Positions 30,857-42,282 are shown, numbered from the stretch's first letter. The stretch is DNA of 64,000 nucleotides from an uncultured Bdellovibrio sp. (GCA_963932905.1 CAWVRN010000015.1:1-64000); one strand, 5' to 3'. The notes: generated by a model from the sequence alone, not told the origin. A program made the numbers and translations.

Positions 30857-30880
30857 TTTTAATACACATCTGTATTAAAA
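30857..30880. promoter_or_regulatory. putative TetR operator
   Basis: TTTTAATACA-catc-TGTATTAAAA palindrome between divergent SnoaL and TetR genes; degenerate second copy near 30942-30959. Confidence 0.6.
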
Positions 30881-30969
30881 TCAAAATAAATCCAGGTTCA
30901 GGCAAAAGTGCATGATATTACTTGTATTTTAGGTATTGTTATAATTCATTTATGTATTATAATTGATCT

Positions 30970-31560
30970 ATGAAGACGAAGAAGGGCGAAAAAGAAAAGT
31001 TAAGACGTATCATCCTAGACAAGACAATTTCCTATTTAAAACGGCATGGCAATGGCGGTACAGGTACGGATGAAATCATGAGGCAGATGGGACTAACTAG
31101 AGGTGCACTCTATAGTCATTTCAAGTCGAAGGACGATTTGTTTGCCGCAGCCGTAAGCCACGATTTGCAGAAATTAGAAGAATCCCTTTCTTATCGTTTC
31201 GCTCACGATGGGCCATCTGCCCTAGCAAGAATCATTAAAGATCACCTTTCAGAAAAAAGTCTGACTGATATCGAAGGTGGATGCGCGTTCACTTCTTTGA
31301 GTAGTGATATGCAGAGAGGAAAGGCTGCCCATCGAAACTTATACGAATCACATATGAATAGAATCTACGAATCGTTTGCTGAAGCTCTTCGCCATCAGTT
31401 TCCCGACGATTCAAAAGAGATCCGCTATCAAAAAGCTTTAAATCTATACTCAGGACTTGTCGGAACATTAACGATGGCTCGAACCATGAAGGACAAAACA
31501 AAGGCGATGCAAATTCTAGAGTCCGGTCGCGAATTTCTACTTCGTTCTTTTACTCGTTGA
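30970..31560 (+). CDS. TetR/AcrR family regulator
   Basis: IM..MGLTRGALYSHFKSKDDL HTH. Confidence 0.9.
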   Translation: MKTKKGEKEKLRRIILDKTISYLKRHGNGGTGTDEIMRQMGLTRGALYSHFKSKDDLFAAAVSHDLQKLEESLSYRFAHDGPSALARIIKDHLSEKSLTDIEGGCAFTSLSSDMQRGKAAHRNLYESHMNRIYESFAEALRHQFPDDSKEIRYQKALNLYSGLVGTLTMARTMKDKTKAMQILESGREFLLRSFTR

Positions 31561-31781
31561 GAACCGTTCCTGAATCTTCCAGACATATCTTTTACACTTT
31601 CTGGAAAGAAAATTTTCGGGAAATCTAAAAGATCAACTTCATCGTGCGGGATCTTGTATCCCAGTCAATTTTTCAGAAGGGAATGCCAGACTACCTTGAA
31701 ATTGATTAAAGAAGCAGATTCAGATGCGTACAAGACTTCTGATCAGCTTGGTGCGTATTTATATCGGCTTGTACTATTAAC

Positions 31782-32390
31782 CTATCCCATCTTTGTATTT
31801 GTATCACGAACAAGAATTTGTAAATAACTATCATAGGCATATCTTCTGTTTCGTTGTTTACCGCTAGTTTCTCTGATGATTCCAAGTTTGACTAAGTGTT
31901 GCAGTGCTCGACTTACCTTTGGCATATTTGATTTGTGCCTTTCAATCAGTACATGTGAATTTAAAATTGGATATCGGCAAAACTCATTAAAGACTTGGAT
32001 AGTGTACGTTGTTGGTTTGCTTTCTTGTAAACGATCTTTATCTTTTTGATGAAGGCGGTGTATCTCAAGTGCGGCTAAGTTAGCCATATCTGCGGATTCA
32101 GAAACAGCTTTGAGAAAAAATTTAACCCAGCTTTCCCAATCGCCTTTAAATCGAACATCCATTAATCTTGCATAGTACTCTGATCGGTAGGCTTTAAAAT
32201 AATAGCTTAGATACAAAAGTGGACGATCCAGGATCTTCCAAAAACAAAGAAGATAGGTGATCAATAGCCTTCCTAAACGACCATTACCATCTAAGAAAGG
32301 ATGTATGGTTTCAAATTGTGCGTGGCTTAGCCTTAGGTAGTTGATATTCTGACTTTTGTTGAAGTTGGAGCCTATGGGTAGTGCCAGCAC
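31782..32390 (-). pseudogene. Fic family protein, N-terminally truncated
   Basis: HPFLDGNGRLGR Fic motif only ~30 codons into the ORF; C-terminal HTH (E.SG..RNR.Y.Y..YL). Confidence 0.75.
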
Positions 32391-32393
32391 TGA

Positions 32394-34247
32394 CTACTCC
32401 ACTACTGAGGAAAAGTATTTCCTAGTCTCCTCGTCTTGACTAAAGATATAGCAGCCTTTCATCCCACGAGTCATCAATGCACGATAAGTGTTTTTAATAA
32501 TACTTTCTGCAATCCGCTCGGCTTTTAAAGGATCGCTCTTAGCGATTTTCTTTATACCTTTCAGCGATTGGTCTGACCGAGCCCTTGCCCGATAATTGGT
32601 AACTACTTTTTTGTCTCGAACAACTAAGTCAGGACCGATGATTACACCCACATAGTCTAACTCTAAGCCCTGACAAGTGTGAATACACCCAATCTGATCT
32701 ATTGAGTCTTCCTTTAAAATCCACAGCATCACGTTTTCAGCCAAATTCCACTTCATAGAAAAACCGTATTCTGGAAAATTAATGTCGAATACTTTGCTAT
32801 TATTCTTAGAGGCCCATTCCCAGCAATACCCCGCCACCATCCTCGCTCTATTGTTTTGATTTTTGCTCTTAATAGCTTCGTATAAGAGTCTCGGATCATC
32901 AAAAATCTGAATGTCGAATTCTTTCTTATCAAGTTTACTATTGGCTGTAGTTCTAATATCAAGAGCATTGTCAAGCCAGGCAATATACCCGTCCGAACCA
33001 TTACACCGAAATTGAGATGCCAATTCAAACTCTGAAAGGTTAGCATTTTGATTTTTTGCATAACTAACTATTTCAGTCTTTTTACCAATATCATGAATAG
33101 TAACTCGCTGGTCTTCGTCTAACAAAAAAACGGTAGTTTTTGATGCATGAATTAGCTCTTTAATTTGGTTTTCGCCTAAATTTCTAAATAGTCCCGATTT
33201 TTCATTTAATCGATGAGCCTCATCTACAATTAGCAAATCAAATTCATTTTTTTTAGATTCGGTAAAGGAACCAGAACCTACAAACAAATTTGAAATTTGT
33301 GTCTTTCGCATAGATTTACTGAGCTTTGCCTGATACACCTCGCGGGGCGCTGAATTTTTTGAAACATACTGCGCTAGTTTGCCTCTTTTGGTGGCCTCAA
33401 CTAAAAGGTTGATCGCTAACACGGTTTTCCCAGTCCCAGGACCGCCTTCGATGATGATAACATTCTTTTCTTTTGCAGGTGCCTCTAGGTAGTTTAAAGA
33501 CATTTCATAGGCAATTTTTTGCTCATCAATCAGAACAAATTCTGGGTTACCTTTTAAAAGACTAACCATATGGTCAGCCAATTGTTTTGAAGGCTTTATT
33601 TTTCCATTTTCAATTCTGTATAAAACTTCATTCTTATCACCATATTTAATATGCTTTTTAATAAAGTTTCTTAGCTTATCTATATCCTCTTGAAAGAATA
33701 AAGGTGCTTTCGATAGATCATCAGAATATTGAGCGCCATTTATAATCCCATCATTTTTGTAGTTATGAAGAAACGCACATGGAGATAACGTTATGTCTTC
33801 ATTCTGGACGGTCTCATTATAGTCTTGAATAAGCCTTGCATAAGACCAGGCTTGATAACTTGGATGAAGCGAATTAACTAGGCCATTAGAATATTGGACC
33901 TTAACAATCGATGGTATATCAGTTGGAATGACAGTAGACCATTGTTTCAACTCAACGATAATAGCGGAGTCTCTCTTTTTTTCGTCCATTCCAGAGATGA
34001 CAAAATCGATTCGTTTAGAAGAATTAGGAATATGATATTCTATAGAGATTCCGGCATCATCGGGAATCTCTGAAACTCCACGTAACGTTCTATCCATAAA
34101 AGGAAGAGAGTTTTTCCAAGACTGAACTTCACTACTACCGACTCGCTTATTCGACCGAGTTTCCATTAAATGAAGTATCTTTTGCTCCATTGTGCCCGAA
34201 TCCATATCAGTCAGGAATCCACTTTTATTTGAAGAATAAACTATCAT
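32394..34247 (-). CDS. DUF2075 (Schlafen group 3-like) nuclease-helicase
   Basis: N-terminal IEY...KRIDF...IVELKQW nuclease-like motif; GGPGTGKT, VDEAHRL, SQFRC, HTCQGLE, TRG helicase motifs. Confidence 0.85.
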   Translation of the reverse strand: MIVYSSNKSGFLTDMDSGTMEQKILHLMETRSNKRVGSSEVQSWKNSLPFMDRTLRGVSEIPDDAGISIEYHIPNSSKRIDFVISGMDEKKRDSAIIVELKQWSTVIPTDIPSIVKVQYSNGLVNSLHPSYQAWSYARLIQDYNETVQNEDITLSPCAFLHNYKNDGIINGAQYSDDLSKAPLFFQEDIDKLRNFIKKHIKYGDKNEVLYRIENGKIKPSKQLADHMVSLLKGNPEFVLIDEQKIAYEMSLNYLEAPAKEKNVIIIEGGPGTGKTVLAINLLVEATKRGKLAQYVSKNSAPREVYQAKLSKSMRKTQISNLFVGSGSFTESKKNEFDLLIVDEAHRLNEKSGLFRNLGENQIKELIHASKTTVFLLDEDQRVTIHDIGKKTEIVSYAKNQNANLSEFELASQFRCNGSDGYIAWLDNALDIRTTANSKLDKKEFDIQIFDDPRLLYEAIKSKNQNNRARMVAGYCWEWASKNNSKVFDINFPEYGFSMKWNLAENVMLWILKEDSIDQIGCIHTCQGLELDYVGVIIGPDLVVRDKKVVTNYRARARSDQSLKGIKKIAKSDPLKAERIAESIIKNTYRALMTRGMKGCYIFSQDEETRKYFSSVVE

Positions 34248-34613
34248 TTATTCCTCATTGTATTTTTTATTCGAGCCTTTTGCTCTATCGATCGGATACT
34301 TTTCAGCGTTTTGAAGAAGTTTCTTAGATAATGCCTGAGAAATATCAATGTTGTTCATTTGCCCAAATCGAAGTACGAAAAAAAAGATATCTGCTAATTC
34401 GTGCTCAATCTTTTCTTTGAACTTTTCGTCACGAATTTTTAAGGCAATTTCATCATTTGTTTTAAATCTAAATAGATCCAACAACTCGGCAGCCTCTGTC
34501 ACAATCCCGATAGCCAGATCTTTTTGAGAGTGAAACTGATCCCAGTCTCGATCGCTGCAAAATTGTCGGACGATCTCTTCCAATTTACTAATTGAATCAA
34601 TATTTTTCATCAC
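34248..34613 (-). CDS. MazG-like nucleotide pyrophosphohydrolase (dCTP pyrophosphatase-like)
   Basis: RDWDQFH..KDLA.....EAAELL.LF, ELAD, N..KYP motifs. Confidence 0.9.
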   Translation of the reverse strand: MMKNIDSISKLEEIVRQFCSDRDWDQFHSQKDLAIGIVTEAAELLDLFRFKTNDEIALKIRDEKFKEKIEHELADIFFFVLRFGQMNNIDISQALSKKLLQNAEKYPIDRAKGSNKKYNEE

Positions 34614-34660
34614 CCAATTGCACTATGAAAGGGTATGCTAGTCAATTTTGTAAAAATTTT

Positions 34661-34879
34661 TTATCTAGGCGTCGAAGAGACGTTTAAAAATTTACCAATA
34701 AAGTCCTCTACAAAGATATCGAGTTCAGAGGTCGTCAATGATTTGGAACTCAATAGGTCCTTCTCCTTTTGAACGTAGGCCTGTATTCCAAACTCGTTCC
34801 AACCATTTAACATGCTTATAAAAGATGACCTCTCAGATTTGGTAAGATGTCTCCCTATAGCTGATTCATAAATCCTCAT
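34661..34879 (-). CDS. hypothetical protein, possibly 5'-degraded
   Basis: ORF only; the frame stays open ~100 nt upstream without a start. Confidence 0.35.
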   Translation of the reverse strand: MRIYESAIGRHLTKSERSSFISMLNGWNEFGIQAYVQKEKDLLSSKSLTTSELDIFVEDFIGKFLNVSSTPR

Positions 34880-35318
34880 TGAATCATCATAATTGAGTTC
34901 GCCCTCACTCCACTGTTCAGTTAATAAGTCTTTGAGAAAGTTAATAGCATGTTGGTTTTTAATATGATCACCGTTGGTTTGAACTCAATAGTTTTTTAAT
35001 TAACATACAATATTAATACTCTCTTCTAGAAACAAATGTTAATTTTCTTTTTTTTTAGTCCGAATTTTGTATGTTTCAATACGACCGCTGTATTTCAGAC
35101 ACTGACGGTCAGCCGTTTAATGGGTCATATATCGTCCCGTAAGGGCATATCCTAAAAAAAGATCTAGGCTGGTTTAAGCCGACCCAGTCAAATTATCGAC
35201 TAAATCAATTAAGTTTAATTTTACACGACAAAAGTTTAGTTTGTAGTAATTCTCCATTGAGTGCGGGAGTATAAATTCCGATTATTTTCCGAAATCTTAT
35301 CTTATTTAGGAGAACCAC

Positions 35319-38300
35319 TTGAGCGAACAACCTAAGGGCGATGCACGAATAAAAATTCAAAAGGTCTTCTCTTATATTCGTGAGCTGACAAAGCTTCGAA
35401 CCCCGCCCGTTTCGCAACTTAATTCTTATGATTGGAGTCTTCGTTTTTCCTCGCTACCAAGTTATCCAACGATTCAAACAACAAGTATACCAGATGACGA
35501 AAGCGAATTTGATGGGGTGATTTTGCGGGTCAAGCGCCCCTTAGAAACTCCTTGTCCGCCTCCCCCTGGAGTCTTAACCGATTGGATAGAGAATGGCTGG
35601 GAGAAAATCACTGGCGAACCTAATTACATAGAGGCCCGCAATATAAAAGACGATTCAGATTTAACAATAACCGAGCGTTTCGATGACGCCCCAGAACGGA
35701 TTAAGGCATTCGATTCATGGTTTAAAAGACGTCAAAATTGGCAGGATGCTGAAAAACCAGTGCGCGAAGCTGCGTCGGTTTTCTCAGATCTATTCAAACT
35801 ACAGGGGCAACTTCAGCGCGAGTCCGAGAAATATCAACTTTATTTAGGCGATGGAAATCTTGTTTGGAATAGCGCAGTCGAGCCTGTTGATCATCCAATT
35901 CTTCTAAAGAAAATCGAATTGGAATTCGATTCATCCATACCCGAATTTATCCTTCGTGAATCTGAAGACAGCCCGGAACTGTACACTTCACTTTTAAGGT
36001 ACCATGAGCTTGACGGAAATGCAGTTCTTGCTTGTAAATCACTTCTCGAAGATGCAGAGCCTCATCCGCTTGCTAATGGAAAAACAGTCGATTTTTTTAA
36101 GTTTTTAGTTCAGAGATTTTTTCCTGACGGAAGCCTCTGCGAAACACGTGAACAAATCAATTTAACGACTCCTTCTCTTTATCGTGATCCAGTCATTTTT
36201 ATTGGTAACAGAACTCAAGGTTTTATGGAAGGGCTCGACAAACTTATAGATGCCTTACCCAATGTTGAATTTGTACCTGAAGCTTTGCTAAGAGTCGTTG
36301 GAATTGATGAGAAACTCTCTTCCAATGCGACTAATTTAAATATTGATTTAGATGGAAAGCCAACTATATCTCAAAACTCTGAAATTGACTTTCTTCTCAC
36401 TAAACCAGCAAATAAAGAACAAGAGCGCGTAATAACACAATTAGAGAAGACTGGATCAGTCTTAGTCCAAGGACCACCAGGAACCGGCAAGTCACACACC
36501 ATAGCCAACATTATAGGTCACCTTCTTGCAAGCGGAAAAACAGTACTCGTCACCAGTCATACCTCAAAAGCGTTGAAAGTTGTGCGTGAAAAAGTTGTAG
36601 CCCCCCTTCAACCACTTTGCGTTTCCGTTCTGGAGAATGATTTAGAAAGTAAATCTCAGCTCGAAGAGTCGATCAATGGCATCGTAAGCTATCTTTCGCG
36701 AACCGATTCAGAATCACTATCTAAAGAAATTCAACAGCTGGGTGATCGTCGAATTCATATAAAACAGCAGCTAGAAAAGCTTGAGGCTGAGGCGTTAGAA
36801 ATTTGTAAAGGTGAGTATACAGATATAATTGTATCAGGAAAGGGAACACCGCCATCTGAGGCCGCACGACGGGTCTGTAATTTAGAGCTCGAACACGGCT
36901 GGATTCCAACCCCTGTAGAACCTGGCGCCCCGATTCCGTTAACCGAGACGGAATTGCGCAGACTATATGACACGAATAGAATTCTTTCGTCTGAAGATGT
37001 AAGTTGTATAGCCGAGCGATTGCCTGATTTCACACAAGTACTCAAACCTTTTGAACTGAGCGAGTTGGCTTCAAGTTTAAAGGCTGTGGACCGAAATCTT
37101 GCCAATCGATTTGCCGACCTTTGGGAAAATTCAAACCAGGGTCTGCTTGATTTAGAGCAGGTCTTCACCAGCCTTACCAAGTCATTAGAAATTTTCAAAG
37201 CCCATAAGTGGATCCGCAAAGTTGTGGAGGATTCAAAGCTTGGGCAGGAACGTCTTCAGCCATGGCATACGTTGATAGAGTTGATAGAATCCACAAACCA
37301 AAAAGTTGCTGTACGCTCGGAGCTTGTTTTAAAATATGGACCACAGTTGTCGATTGAAATTTCAGCAGAATCAATAAAGACTTGTGAAGAGATTCTGGTT
37401 CACCTTCGATCAGGTAAATCTCTTGGTTTCTTTTCTACAATTTTAAAATCTTCATGGAAAGTACTTTTAACCGGCAGTAGAGTCGACGAGGGGCCACCAT
37501 CAAAAACTGAACATTTCGAGGCTATACTAGCTTTCATGGAATCCACACAGCTTCGCAGAGAACTCGTTCGTAGATGGGATCGGCAGATTACCTCTTTGCA
37601 AGGGCCAAAACTTGAAACTTCTGAACCTGAGGTTCACGCCTTATCACTCATTGATGCCCTGAGGGTCGGAACAAATTGGACATCATCATCGTGGAATAAT
37701 ATTGAAGGGCAGCTATCAAACCTAGGATTCAATCTTAAGGCTGCTTTCGACAAAGCGTCTTTGACCACCCAAGCGAATGGTTATATCGATCAAATCCAAG
37801 CTCTCGTGGAGAATCTGCTTATACCATCTATCGAGTCACGTCGCCTTTGGATTCGACTAAAAGAACTAGAGGCACTCCGTGAAAAAACCCTTCAAGAATT
37901 CAGACTCAACAATCAAAAAGCTGCAAATATCCAGTGTTACCTTCGAGTTCTTTCTTCTTCAGTCGAACATCTGAACGTCGAAGAATATGAAAACGCTTTT
38001 GATAGGTACCTCGACTTACAAAGTAAATCAGAGAGTTACCAAGAGCGTGAAACTCTCCTTAAAAAATTAGCATTAACGGCTCCAGGCTGGGCAAAAGCAA
38101 TAGAGCAGAGATTAGGCGTACATGGCTTAAGTTCATTGCCTGGAAATCTGACAACGGCCTGGAATGTCAGTCAATGGCGACAAGAGCTAGATAAACGATT
38201 GTCACAAGACTACTCAAGCGTTCAGCGTGAACTTCAACGACTCAAAGTGGAATTAAACGGCATCAATGCCCAATACGTCGAGAAACTTGCTTGGAAATTT

Positions 38301-40238
38301 CAACATTCACGTACCGGTTTACACGAGAAGCAGGCTTTGACGGGTTGGCAACAACTCCAGAAAAAAATGACAAAAACAGGGCGCGGAAAACGTGATGTTC
38401 ACATTAAACGTGAGGCGAGGAAGACTCTTAAAGATTGTAAGAACGCGGTTCCCGTTTGGATTATGCCTCTTTCACGTGTGTTCGATAGCTTTGACCTTGT
38501 CGAGACAAAGTTTGACGTGATCTTGCTGGATGAAGCTAGCCAAAGTGATATTACAGCGTTGGTTGCATTTTCTATTGCGAAACAAGTAATTGTAGTCGGC
38601 GACAATGAGCAAGTCACGCCACATGCCGTTGGTCAGGAACTTGGAAAAATCCAATCACTTATAGATGAGCTACTTCAAGGAATTCCAAACCGTATGCTCT
38701 ACGATGGAAAAACGTCAGTCTATGATTTAGCTGAGCAGGCATTTGGTGAAACTATTAGGTTAGTTGAACACTTTCGTTGTGTGCCTGATATCATCGAGTT
38801 TTCCAATCAACTTTCATACAACGGCGAAATAAAACCACTTCGAGAAGCGTCTAGCAGTCCATATGTAAATCATTTGGTCGCCCACCGAGTAAGTGGCGCC
38901 AGTTCACACAATAAAACTAATCGAGTTGAAGCAACTGAAGTTGCATCTATTGTGGCTGCAATGACTAGAATCCCAGAATATGCAAAAGCCTCAATAGGAG
39001 TCATCTCATTGGTTGGACAAGAACAAGCCATTTTGATCGACAGTATTTTACAACATCAACTTCCCACCGACATCTACTCTAAGCACAATATTTTATGTGG
39101 AAACGCCTCCCAGTTCCAAGGAGATGAACGTGATGTAATAGTGATATCAATGGTGGATGCTTGTGATTCTCCACCCTTATCGATTCGCCAAACTGAAGAT
39201 TTCAAAAAAGTATTTAACGTAGCGGCTTCGCGGGCAAGAAATCAGCTTTGGGTAGTCCACTCCTTGAATCCAAATACTGATCTGAAACCGGGCGATCTGC
39301 GTTTGCGCCTAATTCAGCATGCTGAAAGCCCTAAAGCACTTCGACAAGCCATAGAGAGTACACAAAAAAAGGCTGATCCAAAGTCAGTCGTATTTGAACC
39401 GATGGTTATTGATGATCTAATGCGCGCGGGTTTCCGTGTTACACCTCAGTTCCAAGTAGGTGCATACACGATCGACATGGTTGTCGAAGGTAGTAAAAAG
39501 CGAATCGCCGTCGAATGTGACGGAGACAGATTTCATCCACCAGAGAAGTTAGCAGACGATATTAGTCGTCAAATAGTCTTAGAGCGGCTGGGCTGGAAAT
39601 TTATAAGAATTCGAGGCAGTGAATATTTTCGACGTCGCGAAGCGACTATTAAGCGAGTAATCGAAGAGCTTGAAGCTTATGCGATTGAAAAGCTAGGCCC
39701 ATCTTCAAATGTTTCACCTGAAGAAAAATCAGATGAAGTTAAGCAACAGATTCTCAAACTGGCTTACGAATTTAAGGAAGAATGGAAAACAAGTAATGAG
39801 CCCGAAGCTGAACAAAAGGTTCGTCACGGTCGTTGGGGCAGAAAGACTCCTGTAAAATCTACTGATACAAATTTAGAAGGTAATGCCGCTATTAAAGTTG
39901 AACCTATTATCGCAAGCAATCTTGAACAAGATTCGATTTCAGAGCGCGTGAGGCGTCAGCATACAGCTCCCGACCATATGGTGGATGAGGTGGAAATTAA
40001 TTGGAGTTCACTTACAGAGAGACTAGATGCTTCAGAAATTGTTTCTTTTTTTCAAAGACACAAATTTGAAGTAATTGATAAACGGGCTTCAGGTGATGTT
40101 ATTTGGGTAATTGACAATACGAGATTTAAGAAACTTGCAGAAGCCCTTTCCCTAAAAGGGATTCATTTCTTATTTGCGAAAAATGGAAGCAAGTCCACAT
40201 CGAATCGTCCCGCATGGTACACATCCAACAAGCACTAG
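35319..40238 (+). CDS. large SF1 (UPF1/DNA2-like) helicase with C-terminal restriction-fold (Vsr/MTES_1575-like) nuclease
   Basis: GPPGTGKS, DEASQ, GD.EQ, FQGDERD, NVAASRAR; then Q..VG.Y.ID......AVECDG..FH......D..RQ..LE.LGW; TTG start after AGGAG. Confidence 0.88.
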   Translation: MSEQPKGDARIKIQKVFSYIRELTKLRTPPVSQLNSYDWSLRFSSLPSYPTIQTTSIPDDESEFDGVILRVKRPLETPCPPPPGVLTDWIENGWEKITGEPNYIEARNIKDDSDLTITERFDDAPERIKAFDSWFKRRQNWQDAEKPVREAASVFSDLFKLQGQLQRESEKYQLYLGDGNLVWNSAVEPVDHPILLKKIELEFDSSIPEFILRESEDSPELYTSLLRYHELDGNAVLACKSLLEDAEPHPLANGKTVDFFKFLVQRFFPDGSLCETREQINLTTPSLYRDPVIFIGNRTQGFMEGLDKLIDALPNVEFVPEALLRVVGIDEKLSSNATNLNIDLDGKPTISQNSEIDFLLTKPANKEQERVITQLEKTGSVLVQGPPGTGKSHTIANIIGHLLASGKTVLVTSHTSKALKVVREKVVAPLQPLCVSVLENDLESKSQLEESINGIVSYLSRTDSESLSKEIQQLGDRRIHIKQQLEKLEAEALEICKGEYTDIIVSGKGTPPSEAARRVCNLELEHGWIPTPVEPGAPIPLTETELRRLYDTNRILSSEDVSCIAERLPDFTQVLKPFELSELASSLKAVDRNLANRFADLWENSNQGLLDLEQVFTSLTKSLEIFKAHKWIRKVVEDSKLGQERLQPWHTLIELIESTNQKVAVRSELVLKYGPQLSIEISAESIKTCEEILVHLRSGKSLGFFSTILKSSWKVLLTGSRVDEGPPSKTEHFEAILAFMESTQLRRELVRRWDRQITSLQGPKLETSEPEVHALSLIDALRVGTNWTSSSWNNIEGQLSNLGFNLKAAFDKASLTTQANGYIDQIQALVENLLIPSIESRRLWIRLKELEALREKTLQEFRLNNQKAANIQCYLRVLSSSVEHLNVEEYENAFDRYLDLQSKSESYQERETLLKKLALTAPGWAKAIEQRLGVHGLSSLPGNLTTAWNVSQWRQELDKRLSQDYSSVQRELQRLKVELNGINAQYVEKLAWKFQHSRTGLHEKQALTGWQQLQKKMTKTGRGKRDVHIKREARKTLKDCKNAVPVWIMPLSRVFDSFDLVETKFDVILLDEASQSDITALVAFSIAKQVIVVGDNEQVTPHAVGQELGKIQSLIDELLQGIPNRMLYDGKTSVYDLAEQAFGETIRLVEHFRCVPDIIEFSNQLSYNGEIKPLREASSSPYVNHLVAHRVSGASSHNKTNRVEATEVASIVAAMTRIPEYAKASIGVISLVGQEQAILIDSILQHQLPTDIYSKHNILCGNASQFQGDERDVIVISMVDACDSPPLSIRQTEDFKKVFNVAASRARNQLWVVHSLNPNTDLKPGDLRLRLIQHAESPKALRQAIESTQKKADPKSVVFEPMVIDDLMRAGFRVTPQFQVGAYTIDMVVEGSKKRIAVECDGDRFHPPEKLADDISRQIVLERLGWKFIRIRGSEYFRRREATIKRVIEELEAYAIEKLGPSSNVSPEEKSDEVKQQILKLAYEFKEEWKTSNEPEAEQKVRHGRWGRKTPVKSTDTNLEGNAAIKVEPIIASNLEQDSISERVRRQHTAPDHMVDEVEINWSSLTERLDASEIVSFFQRHKFEVIDKRASGDVIWVIDNTRFKKLAEALSLKGIHFLFAKNGSKSTSNRPAWYTSNKH

Positions 40239-40985
40239 TTTATATTAAAAACAGTTCGTTATTGGCACATTTACTAGATTTATTACTCCGAAAGTAAATT
40301 TGCCTATCCCTCGGACATATCATATAAACTTTGATCTTGGGCGATACTTGCTGGGCAAAGCGCGCCAGGAGGTGACTTTGAAATACACCCACACCTATCA
40401 GCAGCCAGCAAATACGTCTTAGAATAGTAATCAATTAAATTAGTTTATTGAATAATTTTTTCATTTATCTATCGAAAATAAACCACTAATACACAAGCCA
40501 TAGCGAAAAATTGGACTAAAGCCGATAGACTGATGGCTGTCATTCGCCTAACATATTTTTTGTTTATATTATAACTCAACAACCCTTACCTTATGGTGAA
40601 CTATGGCTCTAACAGATGCATACCTGATTACAACAAAAAATCTTGAATCTTTTCTAAACGCGATTGTCGCAGCAAGAGCACCAGATAAATTTACCCAAAA
40701 ATTCTTAGAGTCTTTAGAGTTTAAGAGTACCAATGACCGTCTTTTCATTAAGCTCTTAAGGTCACTTGGTTTCCTAGATGGAAACGGTACACCAACACAA
40801 CGCTATCATGACTTTCTCGATCAAACTCAATCCAAAACAGTAATGGCGGAAGCAGTCAAAGAGGCTTACAGTGACCTATTTAATGTGAAGAAAGACGCCA
40901 ATACATTGAGCGCTCAAGATGTAAAAGGGAAACTGAGGACACTTACTCAAGGAAAGAAATCTGATGATGTCTACAATTGGATGGC

Positions 40986-42282
40986 TGTCCGTCCTGACAC
41001 ATAGGTTACATTTTATACCGGACACATAGTTTACACTTTTCTAATCTAGGAGGGATTCCAATGGGTTGGAAGGAGTGTACAAAAATGGATGAGAAGTTAA
41101 AATTTATAGCAAGGTATCTTGAAGGTGAAAAAATAGCCCCATTGTGTAAAGAATTTGGTATCACCAGACCAACAGCTTACAAGCTGATTGATCGTTACAA
41201 GATGATGGGTCAATGTGCCTTGGTCGAACAAAAAAGAACACCGCATAGGTATGCGCATGCTTTACCAGTTCAAGTTGAAGCTTTGATTTTAGATTTAAAA
41301 CGAGAATACCCTGATTGGGGTGCGCCAAAAATCAGAGAAAAAATAATTAAAAAATATCCCGATGTTAAAACACCTGCAAAAAGTACCATACACGCAATCC
41401 TTGATCGCCACGGACTTGTTAAACACAGACTAGGTCGAAGAAGATTTAAAGTGACTGGTACACCACTAGAACATGTTACCGAGCCCAATCAGCTGTGGTG
41501 TGCGGATTACAAGGGTGAATTTATGTTGGGTAATCGACAGTATTGTTATCCACTAACAATAACGGATTATGCTTCAAGATATTTAATTAAGTGCGATGCT
41601 TTATCATCAACCAGAGAAGAATTTGCATTTGAAGTTTTTACGAGAGCATTTAAAGAATTTGGAATACCTGATTCTTTACGAACTGATAATGGAAATCCTT
41701 TTGCAAATGGTCAGTCATTTTATAATTTAACAAAACTATCTGTCTGGTGGATGCGACATGGAATAAATTTAGAACGAATAAACCCCGGTCACCCTGAAGA
41801 AAATGGTCGTCATGAAAGAATGCATTTAACTTTAAAACTCGCAACAACAAGACCGCCAAGACCAACACTTGTTTCACAGCAAGAAGCATTCGATCATTTT
41901 CAAAATGTTTTTAATAATGAAAGACCACATGAAGGAATAAAAAATAAATATCCTTCAGAAGTTTATAAAAAATCCGATAAAGAATATAAGAAATTAGAAC
42001 CATTATTTTACCCAATGCATGATCAGACAATCACGGTCACTCAGTGTGGAAGAATTTGCACCAAGACGCTGAAGGTATCTTTAAGCAGATCTTTTGCAGG
42101 TCAACAAGTTGGAATAAAAGAAATGGAAGATGGCCTCTGGGTCGTCAGTTTTATGGATTATGATCTAGGTTACTTCGATGAACGAGGTTCTAGAGTTGAA
42201 CCAGTGGATGATCCTTTTGGATTTGAAAAAGTGTAAAGGATGTCTCCGGTATAAAGTGTAAAGTATCTATCCGGTATGGACC
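40986..42282 (+). mobile_element. IS481-family insertion sequence
   Basis: imperfect ~50-bp terminal inverted repeats (TGTCCGTCCTGACACATAGG... / ...TATCCGGTATGGACC) with an internal repeated motif; GGC target duplication at 40983-85 and 42283-85. Confidence 0.88.
41061..42236 (+). CDS. IS481-family DDE transposase
   Basis: N-terminal HTH; PNQLWCADYKG, TITDYASR, TDNG, PEENGRHERMH rve core. Confidence 0.93.
   Translation: MGWKECTKMDEKLKFIARYLEGEKIAPLCKEFGITRPTAYKLIDRYKMMGQCALVEQKRTPHRYAHALPVQVEALILDLKREYPDWGAPKIREKIIKKYPDVKTPAKSTIHAILDRHGLVKHRLGRRRFKVTGTPLEHVTEPNQLWCADYKGEFMLGNRQYCYPLTITDYASRYLIKCDALSSTREEFAFEVFTRAFKEFGIPDSLRTDNGNPFANGQSFYNLTKLSVWWMRHGINLERINPGHPEENGRHERMHLTLKLATTRPPRPTLVSQQEAFDHFQNVFNNERPHEGIKNKYPSEVYKKSDKEYKKLEPLFYPMHDQTITVTQCGRICTKTLKVSLSRSFAGQQVGIKEMEDGLWVVSFMDYDLGYFDERGSRVEPVDDPFGFEKV

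Noticed and set aside
40603..41004. 133-aa ORF treated as a complete gene
   Set aside because: Its last residues and stop come from the IS left end; it is the 5' half of an interrupted gene
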